Source of the DNA: Octopus sinensis
Taxonomy: Eukaryota
DNA length: 64,000 nucleotides
Direction: 5' to 3'
Assembly (NCBI RefSeq): GCF_006345805.1
Contig: NC_043007.1
Span: forward strand, 8,866,001 to 8,930,000
How positions within the stretch are numbered: position 1 is the first letter of the stretch; each line of letters begins with the position of its first letter. Both the position numbers and the translations under genes were made by a program. Below, one piece after another: positions 53,446 to 64,000 of the stretch. Below the pieces are notes generated by a model. The model saw only the letters and a program-made list of their open reading frames with translations. It was not told the origin of the DNA and ran no database searches.

Positions 53446-55649
53446 TAGAGCAGGGATGATTGGTGAACTGGTAGTGTCGTTATCGAGTAGCGGCATTTCC
53501 TCCCGGCTCTTTACGCACTGAATTCAAATTCCGCCGAGATCGACTTGGATTTTCATCCTTTCGTCTGCGATAGAATAAGTACCAATTGAATACTGCAAAC
53601 TTTAAAACGATTAATCAAACGCATCGGGTTCACCAGAAAACCAGGAAACTAATGAGACGTAAATAAATCCCTTGGGGTGAAAGCTTGACGCTCAGAATTG
53701 TGTTTGGTATACAAAATAACTTCAACGTAATTGTCAAAGGGATATGAAAATCCGGAAAGGTTTGAACTATCGCGGAATGCAGTATCTAAACGCTGCAGAC
53801 GGTGTCAGGTGAATAACAAATGCATCTCTAGGCTTTTATTTAGAGACTAGCTCTTGTATGTCTGTGTTGTGTTGTAAGTCTGTGTATGAGTGCCTGTGTG
53901 TGAGTGTCTGTGTGTGTTGTCATTTCTAACATAGTAAATATTCCCTCGTTTACCACTGATTTATTCATCACTGATTCAGCAGTGTTTAATTGTTTGACCA
54001 TGTTACGCTGATCAGGGATGATACGGCACGTTCAATTGTTTACCATGTTACGGTTAGCATGGGTTTCCTAGCAACCGCCCACAATGCTCAGCTACCTAGA
54101 ATGCTCTGACTATCTATCGTGTTTACCTGATCGTTCTGCTAGTCTGCAATTTCTTTTTGTATACGGAATTACCTACCGGTACCCATTAATATGGAGCCAG
54201 TGAACATAAAAATCTACGAAAGACCCTGATCCTAACCAATAAGGGTGTGTATTCTATGTAAGAAAGTTTGAGATGATCAAAAAAGTATTTCACAGTGGAT
54301 GCTCCGCTGCTGTGTGCCGCGAGTTTTACCGTTCATTCCAATTATGAAATGGAGATGATTAATTTATAACTGTGTTTGGTGGGGAGACCCCATCCCCGTC
54401 AAAAAAGAGGGATGGAGTTGCTGGTTTTACTGATATTTGCTCTCACATTCCTACTGTCTTATTATTCTCTCTTATACTGTGTTACTGATTCACGTGGGTG
54501 TATGTTATTCAGTTGAGATCATTTAGGATAAAAAGTAGGGACTAGTGGACCGAAAAGATTTGGGATCCATTGCTTTACTCATTTGACTGGCCCTGGTTTA
54601 TCCACTCAGCGCCTAACAAAAGAAATAGTGGGTTTCTAATGCAAAACCTGCGGTGACTATCAAGTTAATATTTATATAGAAATGAAATCATCATTAGTGA
54701 TTCAACCAAAAGGAAAGTCATATTTCTGATTGGAATAATGATTAATTTATTCTATTTTGATTCTATTTACTTTTTGATAGAGATTGAATCTGTTAAGGAA
54801 GAAAATGGGAGAATTTTGTTGGAGATTCTTATAGAACAATGAGAATTCTGCTTGGGTATTTCATTATAAATCATTCATATGTCGAAATGTTATTCATAAG
54901 AATCCCTGTAAGTGTGGAAGAGGACTACAGATGGAGATATTCCATCAGATAACGTGTGTATAAACAAGACGAGTGAGAATTCTTTACAATACGGTGTGTA
55001 TATGTTTGCAAAAATGGAGATTTTCTGTACGCGTGTGTACGTGCATGTGTGTTTGCTTCTGTGTGTATGTGTGTGTGCGTGTGTGTGTTCTTAGAAGAAG
55101 CGAGAGATTGTGACAAGCTACCTATGTATGTGTCTGTTATGTCTGTATGATACACAGTGAGTGAGTGAGTGAGTGAGTGAGTGAGTGAGTGAGTGAGAGA
55201 CTGACTGAATGAGTGGGAGAGAATAATGTGTGCGTGTGCTTGCATGAATCCATATCGACTTAATATAATCATAGTTCTGACAGAGAATAGAGTGTAAAAG
55301 CGAGAGAGAGAGAGAGAGAAAAAAGGGTGAGAAAAAGAGACAGAGAGAGAGAGAAAGAAAGACAGTACATGATAGAATGGCGTCTTTGTAGTAGTTAATG
55401 GCTGCTGAAAGACCTGTTATCCTGTTGATGCAGCGTGGAAATGTTGTTTAATGCATAAACAATGATGAACACGGAGAAATAGCCAATGAAACGGAGAGGA
55501 AACACGATAAATCCGCCTGATCGATTCACTAACGAAATATCCGCCATGATGGCTAAATATCAGCAGTAAGATGTCGGCCGCTTAGGTACTTAATCAATAT
55601 AATTCATTAAAGGTTAATTATAAAATCGGCGACAGCGAATACAATAAGA

Positions 55650-56700
55650 ACATTTGTATAGAAAGACAAGAAGCAATAGCGAAGCTGCTGCTACTGCCGC
55701 TGCTGCTGTTGTTGCTGCTGCCGGTGCTGCCGCTGCTGCTGCTGTTGTTACTTCTGTCGTTGTTTTTGTTGTTGTTGTTGTTGTTGTTGTTGATGTTGCT
55801 ATTCATGTTGTTTTTATTATTGTTGCAGCTGTTACTGCTGTGGCAATTGTTGTTGTTATTGTTGTTGTTCTTGTCGTTGTTGTTGTTGTTGTTGCTGCTG
55901 CTGGTGCGAGTTACTGCTGCTGTTGTTCTTCTTGTCGTTGCTGCTGCTGCTGCTGCTGCTGCTGTTTTTGCTGTTGATATTGTTATTGTACACAGCTGCT
56001 TCTGCTGCTGCTGCCGCTGTTCAGGTTACTGTTGTTGTTGTTGTTGTTGTTGCTGCTGCTGCTGCTGCTGCAGTGTCGCCGCTGCCTTGTCATCGTTGTT
56101 GCTGCTGCTGTTACAATTATTGCTGTGGTTGTTGCTGCTGTTGTTGTTGTTGTTATTGTTGCTGCTGTCGTTGCTGCTGCTTTTGCTATTATTATTATTA
56201 TTATTATTGTTGTTGTTGTTGTTGTTGTTGTTGCTTTTGCAGTTTTTGCCGTTGTTAACGTTGTCATCGTTGCTGCTGCTGCTGCTGCTGCTGCTGTCGG
56301 AGTTGCTGTTGTTGTTGTTGCTGATGCTGATGCTGCCGATGTTGTTGATGTTGTTACTGATGCTGTGCTTGCTTACTTCAGTTACTGTTGTTGTCGTGGT
56401 TGTTGCTGTTGTTGCTGTTATCATTGCTGCTGCTGTGACCGCTGCTTCTACCATTGCAGCCACTGCTGCTGCTGTTTTGTTGTTGTTTTTTATCGCTGCT
56501 GCTGCTGCTGTTATTTTTGTCATTGATATTGTTGTTGTTATTGTTGCTGCTGCTGCCGCCGCTGCTGCTGCTGCTGCTGCACCTGTTTATACTCTTTTTA
56601 ATGTTACTGCTGATCATGTTATCGCTGCTGTTTCTATCGCTCTTATTATCATTGACACTGTGGATGGTGATGATGATGTTGTTCGTGTTGATGTCATTGT
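55650..56700. repeat. (GCT)n/(GTT)n/(ATT)n trinucleotide mosaic
   Basis: Direct reading; gives the 360-aa poly-Leu ORF. Confidence 0.95.
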
Positions 56701-56797
56701 CGTTACTGCTTCTGCTTCTCTTTCTGCAGATTGCGCAGTTTTACTCTTTTACTTGTCGTCGTCTTCATTATCGGTGTTATTACTGTACTAATTAAGA

Positions 56798-57000
56798 CAG
56801 CGAGCTGGCAGAATCCTTAATCCATCGGCATTTCATCCATCTTTACGTTCAGAGTTCAAATTCCGCAAAGGTCGACTGTGCATTTCATCCTTTAGGGGTC
56901 GATAAATTAAGTACCAGTTGCATACTGAGCCCGATGTAATTGACTTGCCCCGACCCCAAAATTTTCGGACCTTGCACCTAGAGTAGAAAAGATTATTATT
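56798..57000 (+). mobile_element. SINE family B
   Basis: GCGAGCTGGCAGAATCC...GAGTTCAAATTCC...AGTAGAAAAG(ATT)n. Confidence 0.88.
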
Positions 57001-57061
57001 ATTATTATTCTATGTTTGACTTTTGCTTTATATTTGTACAAGTTGGCTCCAAGTCTCACCC

Positions 57062-57098
<37 letters not shown>

Positions 57099-57152
57099 GT
57101 TGTTGTTGTTGTTGTTCTTCTTCTTCTTCTTCTTCTTCTTATTCTCCTTCTT

Positions 57153-57236
<84 letters not shown>

Positions 57237-57777
57237 GAGTGAGAGAGCAGTTCATGCCATCAAGGTGACACTGGGGTAAAATATACGAAGCCCAATATAC
57301 CCATCATGACTACCCGTCTGATAAGGGTACACCAGGCACATGCGTCACAACTATATGTGCGCGATATGGTGATCTCATATCAAGATAAACAGCACATGAC
57401 CTTGCAGGTGGGGCCCAGTTAGAATTTTCGTCAGGTTGAGTAGCCCATCCCGCTCAAAAGGTCCCTGAATAAGGGTTGTTTAAGGATGTTGAAAGAACCA
57501 CCCATGTTTCCAGAGGTGAATTATTCAAACCCCAAAGAATCCCTCTCAACACATGGCTATGATACTCCCCCACTACTTCTGCTCGTGATCAGAGATGCAC
57601 ATATCGTCAGCCACTAAGGGACATGCTCAACTGGTTAAGGTCAAACAACTGACAAGCAAATCTGTGGCATTGAGCAGAATATTTGCTGTAGCCCATCTTT
57701 TATACCAGGACAAAACAATGTACATAACACTTCCAATCAGGTAAGATCAGAAGCCATGAGAGCCACTGCCTGGTACT
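57237..57777 (-). mobile_element. Unclassified (TAA)n-inserted element, copy 2
   Basis: (TTA)n|GAGTGAGAGAGCAG...CCTGGTAC|(TTA)n. Confidence 0.88.
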
Positions 57778-57785
57778 TATTATTA

Positions 57786-57841
<56 letters not shown>

Positions 57842-57904
57842 GTTGTTGTTGTTGTTGTTGTTGTTCTTCTTCTTCTTCTTCTTCTTCTTCTTCTTCTTCT
57901 TCTT

Positions 57905-57935
<31 letters not shown>

Positions 57936-57979
57936 TTATTATTATTATTGTTGTTGTTGTTATTATTATTATTATTATT

Positions 57980-58469
57980 GAGTGAGAGAGCAGTTCATGC
58001 CATCAAAGTGACACTGGGGTAAAATATACGAAGCCTAATATACCCATCATGACTACCCGTCTGATAAAGGTACACCAGGCACATGCATCACAACCATATG
58101 TGCGCGACATGGTGATCTCATATCAAGATAAACAGCACATGACCTTGCAGGTGGGGCCCAGTTTGAATTTTCTTCAGGTTGAGTAGCCCATCCCGCTCAA
58201 ACGGTCCCCGAATAAGGGTTGTTTAAGGATGTTGAAAGAACCACCCATGTTTCCAGAGGTGAACTATTCAAACCCCAAAGCATCCCTCTCAACACATGGC
58301 TATGATGCTCCCCCACTACTTCTGCTCGTGATCAGAGATGCACATATCGTCAGCCACTAAGGGACATGCTCAACTGGTTAAGGTCAAACAACTGACAAGC
58401 AAATCTGTGGTATTGAGCAGAATATTTGCTGTAGCCCATCTTTTATACCAAGACCATCTTTTATACCAA

Positions 58470-58470
<1 letters not shown>
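57980..58470 (-). mobile_element. Unclassified (TAA)n-inserted element, copy 3 (5'-truncated, ~18-bp duplication at the junction)
   Basis: Same 3' end as copy 2; ends CCATCTTTTATACCAAGA-CCATCTTTTATACCAAG|(TTA)n. Confidence 0.88.
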
Positions 58471-58535
<65 letters not shown>

Positions 58536-58536
58536 A

Positions 58537-58750
58537 GCGACGAGCTGGCAGAATCGTCTGCGCACCGGGCGAAATGCTTAGCACAATTTCGTCAGTCCCT
58601 ACATTCTAAGTTCAAATCCCTCAGTGGTTGACTTTGTCTTTAATCATTTCAGGATCAATAAAATAAGTACCATCTGGAATACTGGAGGTCGATGCGGTCG
58701 ATTTACGCCGAAATTGCTGACCTTGTGCCAAAATGTGAAACCATTGTTCT
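58537..58750 (+). mobile_element. SINE family B
   Basis: GCGACGAGCTGGCAGAATCG...AAGTTCAAATCCC. Confidence 0.85.
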
Positions 58751-59242
58751 TGTAGAGATCGTTAAATCCACCGTCACTATTTCGATCATCGCCGTCCACA
58801 TCATTGTCATCATCGTCTCTCAACACCATCGTCACGGTTCTCCTCGCCACCATTGCGATCTTCATCGCCATCATCACATCTTCATTACCATCACCGCCGT
58901 CCTCAACGCCGTCATCTCAATCGCCCTCAACATCCTCGCCGCCATCGCTCGTAATATTTGTAGAAACAGCAGGTAAACGAAACAATTGAATAACAAGAAA
59001 ATGGAGAGTAAAAGACGAGGAAGGGGGAAAAAAGAGAGGAGAAAACGAAGAGAAAAGAAGATAATTTGATTTAAAAACAAAATTGATTGATTATCAGATT
59101 AGTATATGGCTGGTTAGTTAAGAGGTAAATGGATGTAGTGTTGATAACAAACGTGACAAGAAGGTTTACAGTATGTTTCTCTCACCGTTCATTTCGTCAC
59201 TATAAACGCATGTTTTAAATCGTCTCAGCTAATACACAGCTC

Positions 59243-60020
59243 CAATACAACGGAGATATAAATTAATACAGAATGGGTTGTCAAGATTTTACGTTTGTTG
59301 TCATTTCTCGTATATGTGGAGGCACATGGCCTAGCGGTTAGAGCAGCGGACTCGAGGTCGGGTCGAGGGATCGCGCGGGTTCGAATCTCAGACCGGACGG
59401 TATGTGTGTTTATGAGCGAAACACCTAAGCTCCATCGCGGCTCCGGCAGAAAGAAATGGCGAAACTTCTGCTGACTCTTTCGCCACAACTTTCTCTCACT
59501 CTTTCCTCCTGCATCTTGCAGCTCACCTGCGACGAACTGGCGTCCCGTCCAGGTGGGGAACCTATACTCCAATGAAACCGGGAAACCGGCCTTTATGTGC
59601 CAGGCATGGCTCGAGAAGAAGGAACAAAAAGCACAACTACAATACAACGGAGATATAAATTAATACAGATTGGGTTGTCAAGATTTTACGTTTGTTGTCA
59701 TTTCTCGTATATGTGGACACACATGGCCTAGCGGTTAAAGCAGCGGACTCGCGGTCGAGGAATCGCGCGGGTTCGAATCTCAGACCGGGTGATGTGTGTG
59801 TTTATGAGCGAAACACCTAAGCTCCACGCGGCTCCGGCAGAAGGTAATGGCGAAACTTCTGCTAACTCTTTCGCCACAACTTTCTCTCACTCTTTCCTCC
59901 TGCATCTTGCAGCTCACCTGCGACGAACTGGCGTCCCGTCCAGGTGGGGAACCTATACGCCAAGAACCCGGGAAACCGGCCCTTATGAGCCAGGCTTGGT
60001 TCGAGAAGGAACAAACAACA
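59243..60020 (+). mobile_element. Two SINE family C copies (59316-59628, 59713-60020) in a 397-bp tandem duplication that includes 73 bp of flank
   Basis: CAATACAACGGAGATATAAATTAATACAGA...CTCGTATAT precedes both heads. Confidence 0.9.
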
Positions 60021-60049
60021 AAACAAAAAAAATTCTCCTATATATATAT

Positions 60050-60445
60050 ATCGGTTTCAAATTTTAGCACAAGGCCTGCATTTTCGGAGGAGGGGCTAAA
60101 TCGATTGCAACGATCCTGGTGATCAACTGGTACTTATGTCATGGATACCTAAAGTATGAAAGGCGGAGTCAGCCTCGGTAGAATTTAAACTCGGGATACA
60201 TAAGGTCAGACGAAATACCGCAAAGCGTTTCGTCCGGCTTGCTAACGATATCTTCAACTCGTCGCTTTACATTTTGTATACAGGAGTGGCTGTGTGGTAG
60301 GTAGCTTGCTTACCAACCACATGATTCCAGGTTCATTCCCACTGCCTGGTACCTTGGGCAAGTGTCTTCTACTATAGCCTCGGGCCGACCAAAGCCTTTT
60401 GAGTGGATTTGGTAGACGGAAACTGAAAGGAGCCCGTCGTATATA
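60050..60445. mobile_element. SINE family B (60050-60265 -) and family A head half (60281-60445 +)
   Basis: Family motifs as above. Confidence 0.8.
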
Positions 60446-60899
60446 TATATATATATGTGTGTGTATGTGTGTGTGTGTGTATATGGTGGTGGTGATGGTG
60501 GTCGTCGTCGTCGTCGCCATCTTTGTAGTAGACGTTGTCGTTATTGTTGTTTTTGACGTTGGTTTTGGGATTGTCATTTGCGTTGTTCTGACGGTGATGA
60601 TAGTGTTAGTGATGGCTATTTCTGCTTTCGACATTATTGTTCTAATTATTGTCGTGGTTGTGCCTGGTTTTATTCTTTCCTGCTGTTGCAATCGTTGTTG
60701 TTATTGTTGTCATCAACGTCGATTTTTTGCCGTAGCATTCCCCGTTCAGAAGATTTATAATCAAACACATCCATTTTTACTGTATCTATTCATTTTACCC
60801 ACTAAGAAGAGCAAACTAATCTCGATTAATCTAATCCAGTAGTAAATTAAGGAGATGTACTTGCATAACAAGTAACATGATCTGGAATCCTGTCTTTCT

Positions 60900-61285
60900 T
60901 TTCTGTTCTGCCTTTAACTCTCCAACGTGGAGTATAGGCTACTTATAATTGAATTCCATGTCGCATAATTTTCCACTTCTGTACTTATACTCTGCCATAA
61001 ATATTCCCCTTTCTCTAGTTACTTTTGATCTACGCAACGAGTTCTTAGGCCTACCTTTCTTTCTATATCCATCTATATTCCACTGTAAAACAGCTTTCGC
61101 TACATTTGGTGTGTCTTTTCTAATTGTGCTACCAGTCCACTTCCACTTTTTCTTAAATATTTGCTCCCTAATCGAAACTTGATTTGTTCTTTGCCATAGC
61201 TCCATATTGCTTATGTGTTCAGGTCATCTAATTTTAAGTATACTACGCAAGCATCTGTTGATGAATGATTGTATTTGCTTATTTG
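60900..61285 (-). pseudogene. RTE-clade LINE C-terminal fragment
   Basis: IQSFINRCLRSILKIR*PEHISNMELWQRTNQ...KKKWKWTGSTIRK...LQWNIDGYRKKGRPKNSLRRS. Confidence 0.85.
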
Positions 61286-61307
61286 ACTAAAAATCCTGTG
61301 CTGAAGC

Positions 61308-61512
61308 AAACTCAATTGCAGCGTGGAAGGTGTTTATAAGCCTTTTAAAGAACACAAAAAAACCGTTAACATTTAAATTCAATTTACCAAAATATTTTCG
61401 TCGCTTTGATACCCGACCTGATCACTGACAAAATTCCGTGCTTAATGTTGAAGTGAATCCAACGGTTTCTGCGTGATTTTAAATGGCTTATAAACACCTT
61501 CCACTTTGCAGG
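61308..61512. mobile_element. Second copy of the 17025 repeat (minus) joined to an inverted partial copy (plus)
   Basis: AATTGCAGCGTGGAAGGTGTTTATAAGCC at the left and GGCTTATAAACACCTTCCAC at the right. Confidence 0.75.
61383..61432 (-). ncRNA. Type-I hammerhead-like motif with G3:C8 core variant, copy 2
   Basis: TTTGTCA GTGATCA G GTCG-GGTATCAAAG-CGAC GAA AATATT T TGGTAAA. Confidence 0.6.
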
Positions 61513-61849
61513 TATTAAATTAGATTCATCTAAATTATGTGACATTTACGGTTTTTATTCCAAAAATGGTTAGGTTTCAATTTCGAAAGGGTTAATTGGT
61601 TGGGTATCAATTTATCTGTGATTGGGTCGGTCCATACTAAAAATTAAATAGTTTTTTTTTTTTGCTCTTCGTTTGAACATCGTCCTTTTATCTTTTTTGT
61701 ACTCATTTCTATCCTTACATTGCAGTGATGCAGGGGCACAAACTTGAAGTATATCTAATCGAAAGAATCGCCCCCAGTACTTAATTGTTGTTTTAAAGTT
61801 TGGTATTTATTTAATCTGTCTCTTTTGCAGAACCAACAGGTTGGCAATT

Positions 61850-62096
61850 GACAAGTCCTTGAAGCACTTGTGGATCGATGGTGCACTGCAGCCATGCAGC
61901 GTATCCAGGGCGAGAACGCCTGGCGGAGCACATCCCACTCCAGAATAAACTCATTTCTACCAACTGTAAGTGACTGGAGTATCGCGTGATGAAGTGTCTT
62001 GCTCAAGAACATAACGAATCGCACGGTATAGGGATGGAAAGCACAATCCTACGGTCGTGAATCCAGCACCCTAAACACTAAGCCACACGCCTCCAC
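61850..62096 (-). mobile_element. SINE family E
   Basis: Reverse head GTGGAGGCGTGTGGCTTAGTGTTTAGGG, GTTCTTGAGCAAGACACTTCA. Confidence 0.75.
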
Positions 62097-62191
62097 CGAC
62101 ACCCTACAGAAATTTGAAAACACCAACAGCGGTGCATACTGGTAGTCAAGCGGTGGTGGGATCAAACACACACACAAACTCTCATATATAT

Positions 62192-62600
62192 TCTCTTTTA
62201 CTCTTTTACTCTTTTACTTGTTTCAGTCATTTGACTGTGACCATGCTGGAGCACCGCCTTTAGTCGAGCAAATCGACCCCGGGACTTATTCTTTGTAAGC
62301 CCAGTACTTATTCTATCGATCTCTTTTGCCGAACCGCTAAGTGACGGGGGACATAAACACACCAGTATCAGCAATGCTAGGGGGACAAACACAGACACTC
62401 AAACACATACACACACACATATACATATATACATATATACGACGGGCTTCTTTCAGTTTCCGTCTACCAAATCCACTCGCGAACACTTGGTAAAAGACAC
62501 TTGTCTACAGTTCTACACAGTGGAGCTAAATTTCGAACCATGTGATTGGAAAGCAACCTTCATACCACACCGCCACTCTTGGGCCAACACAACTACGCCA
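62192..62600 (-). mobile_element. SINE family A with internal deletion
   Basis: Young tail half; diverged head half. Confidence 0.85.
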
Positions 62601-62697
62601 GCGCCTACACAAACAGCTCTGCATTTTTATGTATACATAAATACATATATATATGTGTGTGCATGTATATATATATGTACATATATATATATACACA

Positions 62698-62749
<52 letters not shown>

Positions 62750-63070
62750 CATACATACATACATACATACATACATGCATACATACATACATATATATTT
62801 AGAGAGAGAGAGAGGTTTTGAGAGGTAATGGTGTCAGTGAGAGCCAACGGTGTCAGGTAATGCTGAATAAGTGATATGGGTAGAACATAGTTAAGTTCCA
62901 GGTTCGGTGATTATACGAATAAGATGTCCAACGTAGGTCATATATCAGCGTGTGTATATAAAAAATTTTTTTCCGTAATGAGATAAAAAACTAAGGCTGT
63001 GTAGATTAGCCTTGGTCTTTTATCTCATTACGGAAAAAAATTTATACACACATACACACACACACACATA

Positions 63071-63287
63071 CGGTATTCCGTATTCCCTCGACTATTGCAT
63101 CGCGGGTGTTATGTTTCAAACCCTCCCATAGAAATGATTAAGATAAAAAAAAATATAAATATTTATCGGACGTAGAAATCCGGATATACTGAGGAGTCCG
63201 CGATATAAATTTACATATGTTAACCAGAAAAATCCGCAATGTACTGAGTGCGTGATAGGTGAAACGCAATTTAGCGAGGGCTTACTG
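63071..63287. mobile_element. pogo/Tigger-like MITE
   Basis: Ends C(C/G)GTATTCCCTCGACTATTGC / GCAATTTAGCGAGGGCTTACTG form imperfect TIRs of CAGTANNCCCTCG type. Confidence 0.5.
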
Positions 63288-63633
63288 AGAGAGAGAGAGA
63301 AATAGCGGAGAGGTGTGAGAGTGTGTATGTGAACGTAAGAAAACTATTAGTACGAATGAATAATCCCTGCATACGTTTTACTATTGCGGTTACTTAGAAC
63401 TCTACATTGAGAGTTCCAAGAGCATTTGGATGCCTGGAAATAATGGATCATCGATGGAACAATTTATTGCATTTGTGAACGAGATTGCTGTATTTTCACG
63501 TTTATCTTAATTTTCCGCTACATATTTTCTGTAGATCATAACTAGTAACAATGCTAGGTAAAATGGACGATTAAGCAGCGTACTGGAAGATGACTGGATC
63601 AAGATGATCTACGTCGACCTCTGAACTATACAG

Positions 63634-64000
63634 TGGAAGCACTCCGTCGGTTACGACGACGAGGGTTCCGGTTGATCCGATCAAAGGAACAGCCTGCTCG
63701 TGAAATTAACGTGTAAGTGGCTGAGCACTCCACAGACACATGTACCCTTAACGTAGTTCTCGGGGATATTCAGCGTGACACAGAGAGTGACAAGGCCGGC
63801 CCTTTGAAATACAGGTACAACAGAAACAGGAAGTAAGAGTGAAAGAAAGTTGTGGTGAAAGAGTACAGCAGGGATCATCACCATCCCCTGCCGGAGCTCG
63901 TGGAGCTTTAGGTGTTTTCGCTCAATAAACACTCATAACGCCCGGTCTGGGAATCGAAACCGCGATCCTATGACCGCGATTCCGCTGCCCTAACCACTGG
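63634..64000 (-). mobile_element. SINE family D, head cut by the window end
   Basis: Near-identical to 53056-53445. Confidence 0.92.

Noticed and set aside
55709-56791. 360-aa ORF, longest in the window
   Set aside because: GCT/GTT repeat mosaic, open only because the repeats lack stops.

Overview
Repeat-saturated, AT-rich eukaryotic DNA, most likely octopus (inferred from the tRNA-derived SINE families and their microsatellite cores). No host protein-coding gene can be supported, and almost all tracked ORFs are artefacts of di- or trinucleotide repeats. The window holds more than 40 SINE copies in about five modular families, decayed mariner and rosa-like transposases, CR1/L2-, RTE- and R4/Dong-type LINE fragments, non-autonomous Helitron/Helentron-like elements and MITEs. 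Most notable result: at least three unrelated short repeat families each carry a type-I hammerhead ribozyme topology with a palindromic stem III, as in Penelope-like elements. One has a canonical core (7048-7115, minus). One has a compensatory G3:C8 swap of the C3:G8 pair (17037-17087 plus; 61383-61432 minus). One has a C4 variant core arranged as an inverted pair (36031-36136). Second theme: an R4/Dong-like LINE end and a non-coding ~540-bp element are all inserted in (TAA)n in the same phase. All folds and alignments were done by eye and none was computed. SINE labels A-E are working names of mine.
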